A stretch of DNA of 64,000 nt from Nitrospirota bacterium (GCA_963699545.1 CAVOUE010000009.1:96001-160000), one strand, 5' to 3'; positions 8,748 to 19,417 are shown, counted from the stretch's first letter. The notes: generated from the sequence alone by a model not told the origin. Program-made: numbers and translations.

Positions 8748-10620
8748 TTACAATACCAGGGCCAGCTCATAAAGGGCCGGAAACTCTTCTTTCGCCATGG
8801 CGATATCTTCCCTGAAAAGTCTTATCCCTTCCACCGCATGTTTCAGGAAATATCTTTTCCCCTTCACTGACGAGAGGAACCCGTATGCTCCAAGGGCCTG
8901 CATATGCCTCTGGAGACGGCAGGGGAGAAGGGTATCCCTGAAATCCCTCTCATCGAAGTCCCTTCCGCTCCTTTCTTTCATCCGCTCAATATAGTAATTC
9001 AACAGCCTTTCCCTCAAGCCCTCCTCAATGCGGTAATAGGGGTCCCGGAGAAGGGAGGCCATGTCATAGGCAGGAGGGCCGATCCTTGCGCCCTGGTAGT
9101 CGATGAGCCGGGGGATACCGCCCCGTGTGACCATGACGTTCTGGGACTGGAGGTCCCGGTGGATCACGGTTTTCGGAAAGGACATCACCTTCATGGCAAG
9201 TCCGTGGAATTCTCTTGCAAGCCGCGAAGCATCTTCTGCCCGTATCCGTCTGATGCGCGAGACAAAGTTTTGCATAAAATGACTGGTTTCCCATCGCAAA
9301 TGGTCATAGTCGAATATCCGCTCCGCCATGAGGGGGCATTCCGCTGCGTGCAAGGTTGCAACTGTATGGATCATAACAGCGATATCGATGACCTTCCGGT
9401 ACATGGTTTCCACCTCTTCTTCCAGCCGGAGGCACTTCAACCAGCCGTACAGGGAGACGTTTCCCAGGTCTTCAAAGCGAGCTTCTCTTTTTTCGATATC
9501 CGCCTTCAACAATTCCGGGACAGGGATGCCATACTTCCGGAAGAAGTCTGTATATGCAAGGTGACGGCGGAAATCCTCATCTCCCATGCTGAACCTCACA
9601 AGCACGGACGAAGCATTCTCCTCCCTTATCCGGTAGTACTTTCTGTCGGACCCTCCGGTGCCGATAAGCAGGATATGATCATCCCCGGACGATCCGAGTA
9701 TCTCTCCCTCCCGTAGTGGCAGTGAGAAATCGGGACCGACGATACAGTTCTCGCGGGACACATCTTCCTCCAGCGTGCTTCCGGGAAGCAGGATGCAATT
9801 CCTGATCGCAACACCTCTTTGCAGCGTGGAATTCTCCTCCACAATCGCGTAACCGTCAATCTTTGAATGACGGCACCCCCTGGCAGACGGATGGATATAG
9901 ATGGTCTCGCCTTCCGCCCTCATCCTCTCGATGACAGCGGCAGCATATGCAGAGGGAGTGCCTATGTCACTCCAGGAGCAGCCGCTCACGTCATGGGTAG
10001 CGATCCTCTTGCCGGCGGCTGCAGCGGCCATCCATGCATCCACCACGCTGGAGGCGCCCTCAGGGAGGAACCTCAGGAAAGCGTGGCCATAGACCGCTAT
10101 GCCGGTAAATGCCATCCGCTTCTTCACGCCGAATGCATGGACAAGAGAGTCTCCGACACCGACCAACAGCCCCTCAGGGTCGATCGCAACGGTGTTGAAT
10201 TTCGGGAAATCGTGAACCGCAAGGGTGGCAAGATTTCCGGATGACCTGTGGAATTCAATGAGCCTCTCCAGGTCAATGTCGGAGAGTATGTCGGAGTTGT
10301 GCACAAGGAATATGTCTTCTGAAAGGAACTTCCATGCATTTTTCAGCGCACCGCCAGTCCCAAGAAGGGTTTCTTCCGGAAAGGAAATGATCTTTGCACG
10401 AAAGATCGAGCGGTCGATCCAGTCCTGGATAACATCCGCTTTGTAATGAAGGTTTATCCCGATACGCTTCACAGGAAGAAGGGAGAACTTTTTCGAGGAC
10501 GATCTCCAGCACGGGTTTTCCCGCAATAGGGAGGAGAGGCTTGGGAATACTCAAGGTAATGGGCTTCAGCCTTTCGCCCAGGCCCGCAGCAGGGATGAAG
10601 ACGTTCATGGGCTCAGCCAT
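8748..10620 (-). CDS. Fused sugar-phosphate nucleotidyltransferase (MurU-like) / anomeric kinase (AmgK-like, APH fold), one +1 frameshift at ~10482-10488
   Basis: IPAAGLGERLKPITLSIPKPLLP and WSDIGT (NTP transferase); GGSDRKYYR, EDLG, IHRDLQSQNVM, IDYQGARIGPPAYDMASLL, QRHMQALGAYGFL (AmgK-like). Confidence 0.85.
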
Positions 10621-11797
10621 ACATCAGGAAGCTCTTTCTCACTGCTTTATGAAAATGGGCGCACTCTTCCTGCCACTGTGCCTCCATATGCCTCAGGTTT
10701 CTGCCCTTTTCTATTCCCCTCATCAGCCAGTCGTCGCCCGCAAGTATATCGATGGGCATCTTCTCATTCTCATATTCATAGGGGGGGGTCTTCCATTGAA
10801 AGTGATCAGGATAGAGGTCGTGGACGGTCTTGAGCACAGCAACCCCGGTCTTGAAGGGCTTAAACCGTTCCCTGCTCGTAACATGGATCTGCGCTCCTCC
10901 GCAAAGCCTGCCCGAATGCTTCTGAAAGGTCGGCTGAAATGAGAGGGGCCTGAAAGCGACCCCCGGAAGTCTGCATTCCCGGAGTCGCTTCACAAGGGAA
11001 TCGGCATCTATGAAGGGGGCGCCGAATATCTCGAAGGGTCTTGTCGTGCCGCGTCCCTCGCTGAGGAGCGTCCCTTCAAGGAGGCACATACCGGGATAAA
11101 CAGTAGCGGTCTCTATCGTCGGCATGTTGGGAGATGGCATTATCCACGGGAGATCTGTTTCGCCGAACCACATCTTTCGGTTCCAGCGCTCCATGGGGAT
11201 AACGTGGAAATCAAGAGATGGATAGAACTCATCCCTCAAATACCAGGAAATCTCCCCAACGGTCATACCGTGACGTACAGGGAGCGGCCTGTTTCCGACA
11301 AAGGATGAATAGCGCGGATTCAGCACCGTTCCTTCGGTATGAACGCCTCCCAACGGGTTCGGCCGGTCAAGCACCACAATCGCCTTGGCCTCCTCAACGC
11401 ACGCACGCATGCAGAGTTCCATGGTCCAGATGAAGGTGTAATAGCGTGCACCCACATCCTGAAGGTCAATGACCACGACGTCCGCATTCTTCAGCATCTC
11501 AGGCCTTGGTTTGCGAGTATCCCCGTATAAGCTGAACACCGGAAGTCCCGTCTTCCCGTCTGTGAAGCCGCTCCACTCCACCATGTTGTCCTGGGTCTCT
11601 CCGCGTATCCCGTGCTGAGGGCCAAAGAGGGCGGTCAGTCTGCATTTCCTTGACTTGCGCAAAAGGTCAACAGCATGCTCAAACCTTTTGTTTACAGAGG
11701 CTGGATGGACCAGGAGCCCTACCCTTGAACCCTTGAACCGCGCAGGCCATTTCTTTTCAAACAGATCGAGTCCGGTCCTTACCGACACGTAAGACAT
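10613..11797 (-). CDS. namZ: Exo-beta-N-acetylmuramidase NamZ (DUF1343)
   Basis: LFGPQHGIRG, DLQDVGARYYTFIWTM, VLDRPNP, RHGMTVGE, PSPNMP, SEGRGTTRPFE. Confidence 0.9.
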   Translation of the reverse strand: MSYVSVRTGLDLFEKKWPARFKGSRVGLLVHPASVNKRFEHAVDLLRKSRKCRLTALFGPQHGIRGETQDNMVEWSGFTDGKTGLPVFSLYGDTRKPRPEMLKNADVVVIDLQDVGARYYTFIWTMELCMRACVEEAKAIVVLDRPNPLGGVHTEGTVLNPRYSSFVGNRPLPVRHGMTVGEISWYLRDEFYPSLDFHVIPMERWNRKMWFGETDLPWIMPSPNMPTIETATVYPGMCLLEGTLLSEGRGTTRPFEIFGAPFIDADSLVKRLRECRLPGVAFRPLSFQPTFQKHSGRLCGGAQIHVTSRERFKPFKTGVAVLKTVHDLYPDHFQWKTPPYEYENEKMPIDILAGDDWLMRGIEKGRNLRHMEAQWQEECAHFHKAVRKSFLMYG

Positions 11798-11974
11798 TCT
11801 CCCTGGAATTTTCGCTACTCTAACATTTTTTCGGCGGGACTGACAAATCGCGTGGGGGGCTTATGAAAAAGTTGTCCGCTCATTTCGGCCAGACATTGAA
11901 CGCCTTTCCTCCGTGACTGAGGGTGTTCTTATGAGTCGACTCCGGTATCTTGTGAGACAAAATAGAGATACAGC

Positions 11975-12325
11975 CTACATATCTGAGAGACTGCAAGCGG
12001 GGAGGATTTTGACTCTGCAATTACCGTTCGTGTCCACAGACCTGTATTCCTTGTACGTCGGGTTATCCTTGCAATAGAGCGCAGTACAGTCCATGCCCGA
12101 GAATATCTCCGCGCTGTCTTCCGGCTTTATGGTAACGAGATGTTCGTGTATCCAGATCGTACACTGTCCGCCATCTTTCTTATACCACAAGTTGAGCATT
12201 GTCGCATTCCTGACGATAATTCCTGTTTCCCTGCACGTGTCTTCATCCGCCGCAACAAAAGAAGGCGCAAAAGCTGCCGTCGTAACAAAAAGGGCAAACA
12301 AGAAAATACCGGTTCTCATTTTCAT
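11975..12325 (-). CDS. Secreted hypothetical protein with six Cys, last gene of the cus-like operon
   Basis: Signal peptide, AGGAGG RBS directly after the cusA stop. Confidence 0.7.
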   Translation of the reverse strand: MKMRTGIFLFALFVTTAAFAPSFVAADEDTCRETGIIVRNATMLNLWYKKDGGQCTIWIHEHLVTIKPEDSAEIFSGMDCTALYCKDNPTYKEYRSVDTNGNCRVKILPACSLSDM

Positions 12326-12334
12326 TGATCCTCC

Positions 12335-15300
12335 TTACAAAGAACTTTCCTGTTCTTTTCTCAACTCCCGCCCCTTCCAGATCATATAGATCGCCGGGTA
12401 GATGATAAGCTCCAGTATCGTGGAAGTGATGACGCCTCCTACCATGGGTGCTGCGATGCGCTTCATCACGTCGGCGCCGGCGCCGTGGCTGAACATGATG
12501 GGGATAAGACCGGCGAGAATGACGCTCACGGTCATGATCTTCGGCCTGATCCTCTTCACCGCTCCGTGCATGACCGCTTCCTTCAGATCGTCAACGCCTC
12601 TGAGCTTCCCCTCCTTTTTCCATTGTTCATAGGCAAGCTCAAGATAAAGGAGCATGACCACTCCTGTCTCTGCATCAAGTCCTGCAAGGGCTATGATGCC
12701 CACCCAGACAGCAATGCTCAGATTGTAGTTCAGGAGATAGAGGAGCCAAAACGATCCTACGAGGGAGAAGGGCACAGCAAGGAGAACGATGAGCGTCTTT
12801 ATGACGGATTTTGTATTGAAATAAAGAAGAACAAAGATGATGAGAGCCGTAAGAGGGATGACCAGTTTCAGCCGCTCACGGGTACTTACGAGATACTCAT
12901 ACTCACCGCTCCACTGGAGCCGGTAGCCTTCTGGAAGCTTCACCGCCGAAGCAACTTTTTTCTTCGCCTCTTCAACGTATCCGCCCACATCACGGCCCGA
13001 GAAATCGACATAGACATAATTCGCAAGGAGCCCTTCCTCACTCTTTATTGAAGTGGGGCCCTTTACGATCTCGACATCAGCGAGCAATCCGAGCGGAATG
13101 TGAGCAAGACTCACGGGTTTCTGGCCTCCCTGCATGCCGGACGCGTCCCCCGTCATGTTCACCGGAACGAAGATCCGCTTTATCCTCTCCACATCATTCC
13201 TCAACTCCCTCGCATACATGATATGGACCGAATAACGCTCTCGTCCTTCCACCGTAGTGGTGAGATTCATTCCTCCTATGGCGCCTGCCACCACCGCCTG
13301 GACATCGTCCATGGAAAGGCCATACCGCGCTATCTCAGCGCGCTTCGGTCTGATATCCAGGAAATACCCCGTAGTCACTCTCTCCGCATATGCGCTCCTC
13401 GTGCCTCTGACGTCCTTGATGACATTTTCGACATCCATCGAAATCTTCTCTATCATCTCCAGCTTGGGACCCAGCACCTTGACACCGACAGGCGTCCTGA
13501 TACCCGTGGCGAGCATATCGATCCGGTTTTTTATCGGCATCGTAAAAGAGTTCGCAACACCCGGGATCTGGAGGGCATCGTTCATCTCGTTCTTCAGTTT
13601 TTCCACATCCATGCCCGCCCGCCACTCTTTCTCCGGCTTGAGATTGATCACGGTCTCGAACATCTCCAGGGGCGCGGGGTCCGTGGCGGTCTCGGCGCGT
13701 CCTGCCTTCCCGAACACCTGGGCCACTTCAGGTATCTGTTTGAGAATTCTGTCCTGCATCTGGAGAAGCCTCGAGACTTCAGAGATCGAAGCGGCGGGAA
13801 CGGTCACCGGCATGTACAACAGTGACCCCTCATAGAGGGGCGGCATGAATTCAGAGCCCAGCTTCATGTAAGGGATAAGAGTCAACCCCATGATAATAAG
13901 CGCGACAAGGATCACTGTGGTCTTGAAGCGGAGGGCAAACCTCGCGACGGGTTCGTAGAGTCTATGGAGGATGCGGCTCACAGGGTTCTGCTCCTCGGTC
14001 CGGATATTCCCCCTGATAAAAAGGGTCATGAGCACAGGGGTAAGGGTGACGGCGAGGAAGGACGAAAAGAGCATCGCAAAGGTCTTTGTGTAGGCAAGGG
14101 GCTTAAAGAGCCTTCCCGCCTGTGCCTGGAGAGTGAAAACCGGGAAAAATCCTACGGTAATGACAAGGAGGGAGAAGAAAAGCGACGGCCCGACCTCTTT
14201 CGCCGCATCGATGAGCACATCGAACCTTGTGCACTCTTCTCTCTTCCTGCTGTCGCAATACCATTCCTCGAGCTTCTTATGCGCGTTCTCGACCATGATA
14301 ATGGATGCATCCACCATGGCTCCTATGGCGATGGCAATTCCCCCAAGGCTCATGATGTTCGAGGTAACCCCAAGGTAATACATACAGATGAACGAGATGA
14401 TGATCGCAACGGGCAGGGTCAATATCACCACAAGGGCGCTGGGGAGATGAAAGAGAAACACAATACAGACCACGCTCACCGCAATCGAAAGCTTTATGAT
14501 CTCTTCCTTGAGGGTCTGTATGGACCGGTGGATAAGGTCAGACCGGTCATAGGTCGTGACGATCTTTACGCCTTCGGGCAGCGAGGGCTGGATATCCTTC
14601 CTGATCTTTTCCTTCACCCGCTCGATGACGGTGAGGACATTTTCACCGAAGCGGACTACAACAATCCCGCCTGCCACCTCTCCCTTTCCGTCAAGGTCCG
14701 CAAGCCCCCTCCGTATCTCGGGGCCGAGTTGGACGCGGGCCACGTCACGGAGCAATATGGGGGTACCATAGCCGTTGGTGCCCACCGCAATATTCTCGAT
14801 GTCCTCAATGCTCCTGATATAGCCTCTTCCCCTCACCATATACTCAACGCCGGAGAGTTCAAGCACTCTCCCCTCCACGTCGTTATTGCTCTTACGGACC
14901 GCCTCCATCACCTTCATCAGCGAGACGTTGTAGGCGGAAAGACGGTTCGGGTCGATTGATATCTGATACTGCTTCACAAAGCCACCCACGCTGGCCACCT
15001 GGGCCACGCCTTGCACGCTTTCCAGTGCAAGTTTGATGTTCCAGTCCTGCAGGGAACGAAGCTGGGAAAGATCACGGCCGCTCTTCTCATCGACAACCGC
15101 ATAATTGAACCCCCACCCCACACTGGTGGCATCAGGGCCAAGCACGGGGTTCACATCGGCCGGAAGCTTACCCTTCACTGACTGCATGTACTCAAGGACA
15201 CGACTCCTCGCCCAGTAGATGTTCGTTCCTTCCTCGAAGATCACATAGATGAATGAACTCCCGAGGAAGGAAAAACCGCGCACCGCCTGCACCTTTGGAG

Positions 15301-15526
15301 CTGCAAGGAGGGTCGAGGTTATGGGATAGGTTACCTGGTCCTCCACAAGGTCGGGACTCCGGCCCGCCCAGTCCGTGTAGATGATCACCTGCGTATCGCT
15401 CAGGTCGGGAATGGCGTCAAGGGGCGTCTTTGTGAGGGCCCATACTCCCCATACACAGAGGAACGTCACCATTAGGAAGATGACGAACTTGTTCCGTGCA
15501 CTGTATTCGATAATTTTGGAAATCAT
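12335..15526 (-). CDS. cusA: CusA/CzcA-family heavy-metal RND efflux transporter (Cu/Ag type)
   Basis: DAIPDLSDTQVI, YWARSRVLEY, GAMVDASIIMVEN, EFMPPLYEG, TDPAPLEMFET, AVKRIRPKIMT. Confidence 0.95.
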   Translation of the reverse strand: MISKIIEYSARNKFVIFLMVTFLCVWGVWALTKTPLDAIPDLSDTQVIIYTDWAGRSPDLVEDQVTYPITSTLLAAPKVQAVRGFSFLGSSFIYVIFEEGTNIYWARSRVLEYMQSVKGKLPADVNPVLGPDATSVGWGFNYAVVDEKSGRDLSQLRSLQDWNIKLALESVQGVAQVASVGGFVKQYQISIDPNRLSAYNVSLMKVMEAVRKSNNDVEGRVLELSGVEYMVRGRGYIRSIEDIENIAVGTNGYGTPILLRDVARVQLGPEIRRGLADLDGKGEVAGGIVVVRFGENVLTVIERVKEKIRKDIQPSLPEGVKIVTTYDRSDLIHRSIQTLKEEIIKLSIAVSVVCIVFLFHLPSALVVILTLPVAIIISFICMYYLGVTSNIMSLGGIAIAIGAMVDASIIMVENAHKKLEEWYCDSRKREECTRFDVLIDAAKEVGPSLFFSLLVITVGFFPVFTLQAQAGRLFKPLAYTKTFAMLFSSFLAVTLTPVLMTLFIRGNIRTEEQNPVSRILHRLYEPVARFALRFKTTVILVALIIMGLTLIPYMKLGSEFMPPLYEGSLLYMPVTVPAASISEVSRLLQMQDRILKQIPEVAQVFGKAGRAETATDPAPLEMFETVINLKPEKEWRAGMDVEKLKNEMNDALQIPGVANSFTMPIKNRIDMLATGIRTPVGVKVLGPKLEMIEKISMDVENVIKDVRGTRSAYAERVTTGYFLDIRPKRAEIARYGLSMDDVQAVVAGAIGGMNLTTTVEGRERYSVHIMYARELRNDVERIKRIFVPVNMTGDASGMQGGQKPVSLAHIPLGLLADVEIVKGPTSIKSEEGLLANYVYVDFSGRDVGGYVEEAKKKVASAVKLPEGYRLQWSGEYEYLVSTRERLKLVIPLTALIIFVLLYFNTKSVIKTLIVLLAVPFSLVGSFWLLYLLNYNLSIAVWVGIIALAGLDAETGVVMLLYLELAYEQWKKEGKLRGVDDLKEAVMHGAVKRIRPKIMTVSVILAGLIPIMFSHGAGADVMKRIAAPMVGGVITSTILELIIYPAIYMIWKGRELRKEQESSL

Positions 15527-15568
15527 TTGTCAGTTGTCAGCTGCGAGCAAGGAGCTGTGAGCTTGCGC

Positions 15569-16804
15569 TCAATGTTTATGCCCGCCCAAAGGCTTAACCC
15601 CTTTCAACTGGGCCTCGGAATCAATGAGGAATGTGGCTGATGATGCGACTTTCTCCCCTGCCTTTAACCCCATGAGCACCTCCCTGAACCCTTCGGCCCT
15701 CACCCCGAGCATGACCTCTCTCGGTTCAAAATTCCCTTCTCCCTTGTCAACATAAACGATCTGTCGTGTCCCTGTGTCGATGACCGCGTCATCCGGAATC
15801 GCCAGTTTCTTGCCGAGATTGATCTTTACCTCCACATTGGTGAACATCTGGGGTTTAAGCTGCCCCCCAGGATTCGGGATAGAGAACCGCACTTTCGCGG
15901 TGCGTGTGTCGCCTGAAAGAGTAGGATAGACATAATCGACCCTTGCAGAGAACTCCTTGCCGGGGAAATAACTGAGGGCGATCGTCGCCGTCTCTCCCAC
16001 TCTGACCAAGGGCAATTCATATTCGTAAACATCGGAGATGATCCATACCGTCGAGAGGTCGGCGATATCAAAGAGCTTCTCTCCAGGCATGACCCGCATG
16101 CCCTGCAGAGCCATTTTCTGGACCACATACCCGGTCACCGGGCTATAGAGAGTGAGTGTTCTTATGGGTTTTCCCGATTCTTCAATCTTTCTGACCTGGT
16201 CGTCGGAGATGTCCCAGAGCCTTAACCGCTGTTTCGCTGCCTCCACTATTGAATCCGCGTCCTTTGTGAGCATCCCGCCGATATTTTCATTCTTGATATC
16301 CTTTCCCAGTTTTGCCCACCTGAGAACACTTATGAATTCCTGTTGCGTGGCCACAAGCTCGGGGCTGTAAACCTCTGCGAGGGGCTCGCCCTTCTTCACG
16401 TATTTCCCTGTATAGTCGACATGGAGCTTCTCGATCCAGCCTTCAAACTTGGTGTTTATGGTGGCAAGTCTTCTCTCATCATATTCGACGCGGCCCACGG
16501 TCCTGATCACCTTCTCCAGTGGTCTAACCGAAACCACTACGGTCTTCACACCGATGAGCTGCTGTTTCTCGAGCGGGATCTCGATGGTCGGAGCCTCTGC
16601 CGCTGGTTCTGGCTTTGCCGCCTCTTTGGGTTGTTCACTCCCTTTTGCATGACCCTGGTGCTCAGGAGAGGGTCCGGCCTTTTCTGAAACTGCAGGGACA
16701 GGTGTCTCAACCTTCTTCTGCCCGAAGCCTACCTTTGAAGCATAGACGGCCAGTCCTGCGATGACGATAAGCCCCAGAATGACGAACAGACGGTTCCTTT
16801 TCAT
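15569..16804 (-). CDS. cusB: RND periplasmic adaptor subunit
   Basis: GWIEKL, YSPELVATQQE, LKPQMF, FLIDSEAQL; position in operon. Confidence 0.9.
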   Translation of the reverse strand: MKRNRLFVILGLIVIAGLAVYASKVGFGQKKVETPVPAVSEKAGPSPEHQGHAKGSEQPKEAAKPEPAAEAPTIEIPLEKQQLIGVKTVVVSVRPLEKVIRTVGRVEYDERRLATINTKFEGWIEKLHVDYTGKYVKKGEPLAEVYSPELVATQQEFISVLRWAKLGKDIKNENIGGMLTKDADSIVEAAKQRLRLWDISDDQVRKIEESGKPIRTLTLYSPVTGYVVQKMALQGMRVMPGEKLFDIADLSTVWIISDVYEYELPLVRVGETATIALSYFPGKEFSARVDYVYPTLSGDTRTAKVRFSIPNPGGQLKPQMFTNVEVKINLGKKLAIPDDAVIDTGTRQIVYVDKGEGNFEPREVMLGVRAEGFREVLMGLKAGEKVASSATFLIDSEAQLKGVKPLGGHKH

Positions 16805-18090
16805 TTTTCTTTTTCCCCCGCACCAGTTATGGTCTCAAGTTTTGCGATCGCCTTTTCCCGCTCGGCGAACTGCCCCCAGTACAGGGTCTCGTAATCGAGG
16901 AGGACCTTGAGCCTGCTGATGACCGTCAACGCCTCGACCTTCCCTGTCCTGTAGCCTGCGAGCGCCGACTCAAAATCCTGGTAAGCCTTGGGCACAAGGC
17001 CGTCCCGGTAAAGTTCCATCAGTCTCTCTGTCGTCCTTGCCATCGCGTAATTGTCCCTGATCGTTGATGCGAGCATCGTCTTTGTCGCCAAGAGTTCATG
17101 TTCGGCCCCTCCAAGGTTCGCCTTTGCCTCGAGCACAGCCTGCCTCTGTTTTGTCCTGTAGAAGATAGGGACGTTGATCGCCGTAGTAAGGCTCCACATA
17201 TCCATGAACTCCCCTCCCCGTTTAAAATAGCCTGCATTGATCGTAAAGTCAGGATAGTATTCCCGCTCGGCCATCCTGACCTTCGCTTCTGCAGCTGCAA
17301 CCATTTTCTCCTTCTCTTTAACGAAGGGACTGTTGTCGACGTGCGCAGCAATCAGTTCCTGCACCTTTTCTGCGAGAACAGTCGCTGTTCGCTCCTCAGG
17401 TCTGCCGAGCGGCGCGTTAATATCCCTGCCGAGGGTTGCGTTGAGCATCGCCTCAGCGGACTGGATCTTCTGCTTCAGCATCTCCTCACGCTCAAGGAGC
17501 ATATATTTTTCGGTCTGGGCCATAAGCACTTCCTGCTGCACTCCCATTCCGGAAGAATACCGGGCCATCGCAGCGTCTTCTATGCGGGAGAAGAGGACTG
17601 CCCGGTCCTTTACGAGATCAATGCTTTTGTACGTGAAGAAGAGGTCATAGAAGATCTCCTTCACCCTTTCCACGGTCTTGAGCTGCGACCCCTTGAGGGA
17701 CGCCTTGAGGCTTTCCGATTCCCTTTCCGCCATCTCGCCCTTCAGTGCAAGCTTCCCGGGAAACGGAACCGTCTGGGAGGCCGAGAACATCCACTGGGCT
17801 CCCTGCTCCTTGCCGAGCGTGTACTGTTGAAATCCCTCATTCTGGTAGCCGAACATGAACATGGGGTCGGGAAGGCTCTTTGCCTGAGGGATCCGGTATC
17901 CTGCGGCTTCGAGGCGGTATCCGGCAATGTGGACTTCGTGGTTATTTCCGAGCGCCTCATCGATCAGGTCCTGAAGCTTCAGCTCTTCTGCAAAAACAGA
18001 GGAAGAAAAAAGCAAACAGTACGCGCCAAGCAGCAAAGTAACTCGTACTGCATAGCGCCTACTGCCTCCAGAACCGGCTAACTTGTTCAT
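16801..18090 (-). CDS. TolC-family outer membrane efflux protein
   Basis: SLPDPMF, SQTVPFPGKL, YYPDF, helical repeats; upstream of cusB. Confidence 0.9.
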   Translation of the reverse strand: MNKLAGSGGSRRYAVRVTLLLGAYCLLFSSSVFAEELKLQDLIDEALGNNHEVHIAGYRLEAAGYRIPQAKSLPDPMFMFGYQNEGFQQYTLGKEQGAQWMFSASQTVPFPGKLALKGEMAERESESLKASLKGSQLKTVERVKEIFYDLFFTYKSIDLVKDRAVLFSRIEDAAMARYSSGMGVQQEVLMAQTEKYMLLEREEMLKQKIQSAEAMLNATLGRDINAPLGRPEERTATVLAEKVQELIAAHVDNSPFVKEKEKMVAAAEAKVRMAEREYYPDFTINAGYFKRGGEFMDMWSLTTAINVPIFYRTKQRQAVLEAKANLGGAEHELLATKTMLASTIRDNYAMARTTERLMELYRDGLVPKAYQDFESALAGYRTGKVEALTVISRLKVLLDYETLYWGQFAEREKAIAKLETITGAGEKEK

Positions 18091-18480
18091 TTACTTGGCG
18101 TCTACGGTGAACTTCATCGTGGAAGTCTTGCCCGCCCTGGTTATCTTCACCGCTATATTCCACGATCCTGACATGGAGAGGTTCATTTTTGCCTTGTACT
18201 CATCGCCTTTCAACTCAGCATCAGTCTTATAGTTCATGGCTGGCATTCCGGGCATTGCGGGCATGGAATATTCAACGACCACCTTCGCATCTCTTGCGTG
18301 ATGACCTGACCCGTCGGTAATCTCGATACTGACATTGTTATCACCGACAACAGGCGGATTCTTGTCGATCTTTACCGCCACGTTGTATTCTCCCGCCTTT
18401 TTCGTTACCTCATAATCCTTCGCGTACGCGATGCCTGCCACAAAGAGCAGAACGAGAACAGCTACCATGATTTTTTTCAT
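18091..18480 (-). CDS. YtkA/FixH-like periplasmic Ig-fold protein with Met-rich motif
   Basis: Signal peptide, PPVVGDN, YSMPAMPGMPAM, LSMSGSW. Confidence 0.85.
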   Translation of the reverse strand: MKKIMVAVLVLLFVAGIAYAKDYEVTKKAGEYNVAVKIDKNPPVVGDNNVSIEITDGSGHHARDAKVVVEYSMPAMPGMPAMNYKTDAELKGDEYKAKMNLSMSGSWNIAVKITRAGKTSTMKFTVDAK

Positions 18481-18507
18481 TGTACATCCTCCTTATTATT
18501 ATATCCG

Positions 18508-18633
18508 TCAACGCTTATATTCTTTTTCGACCATCTCCCGGATTTTATTTACGGGATGGCCCTTTTGGTAAAGCTCGAAGGCCCGAACGGCCTCCCCCAG
18601 ACAAATATCCCACATCGCTCCACGCTTGTCAAT
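18508..18633 (-). pseudogene. Remnant (C-terminal half) of a PCYCGC-motif family protein
   Basis: Manual translation IDKRGAMWDICLGEAVRAFELYQKGHPVNKIREMVEKEYKR* resembles the PCYCGC-family C-terminus (D-x-H-G-x-x-C-x-x-C-L...GK-x-x-x-EIR-x-x-ID-x-x-Y); in-frame stop upstream. Confidence 0.55.
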
Positions 18634-18787
18634 CTGTCACCTCCTCGCTGTATACACCTCCCTTCAGGGACCGACCTGCATCTACCATATCAGAGGAGTT
18701 TGAATAAAATATGAAGATATCTTCTTTATCTCACTTTACGCTTTTCTGAAAATCTGCTAATATCTTCCATATTAGGAGGGAGGCATC

Positions 18788-19367
18788 ATGATACTGATCG
18801 CTGGCATGCTGGCAATACTGGCGGGGTTCATCATAGTGATGATCCTTTTCGTCATCGTCATTTACAACAGGCTCATCAGGCTCAGGAACACTGTCCGGTC
18901 CTCATGGTCGGACATTGATGTCCAGCTCAAGAAACGATATGACCTCGTGCCGAATCTTGTGGAGAACCGTAAAGGGATATGCCGCCCATGAACGGGCGGT
19001 GTTTGAAAAGGTGTCCGAAGCGCGCTCCATGGCCATGCAGGCATCGTCCCCTGCTGAAAAAGCCAAAGCCGAGAACATGTTCAGGGACACATTGAAAAGC
19101 CTCTTCGCTGTTGCAGAGGCATATCCCGAACTGAAGGCAAATGCCAATTTCATGCAGTTGCAGGCCCAGTTGAAGGAACTGGAGGACAACATCGGATACG
19201 CCAGGAGATATTACAATGCTGTCGTCCGGGACTTCAACATACTCATAGAGTCATTTCCTTCCAATATCATTGCATCGCAGTTCAGGTTCCAGAAGGAAGA
19301 GTTCTTCGAGCTGGAAGCGCCGGACGTTGAACGCAAACCTGTTAGGGTGAGCTTCTCGCAGCCCTGA
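18788..19367 (+). CDS. lemA: LemA family protein, one +1 frameshift at ~18961-18967
   Basis: YNRL, WSDIDVQLKKRYDLVPNLVE[T]VKGYAAHE, EAYPELKAN, ARRYYN, FPSN. Confidence 0.9.
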
Positions 19368-19417
19368 CCGGATGGTCCGGCACAGAGGCCGCACATGGGA
19401 GCGTATCACACAGCAAA

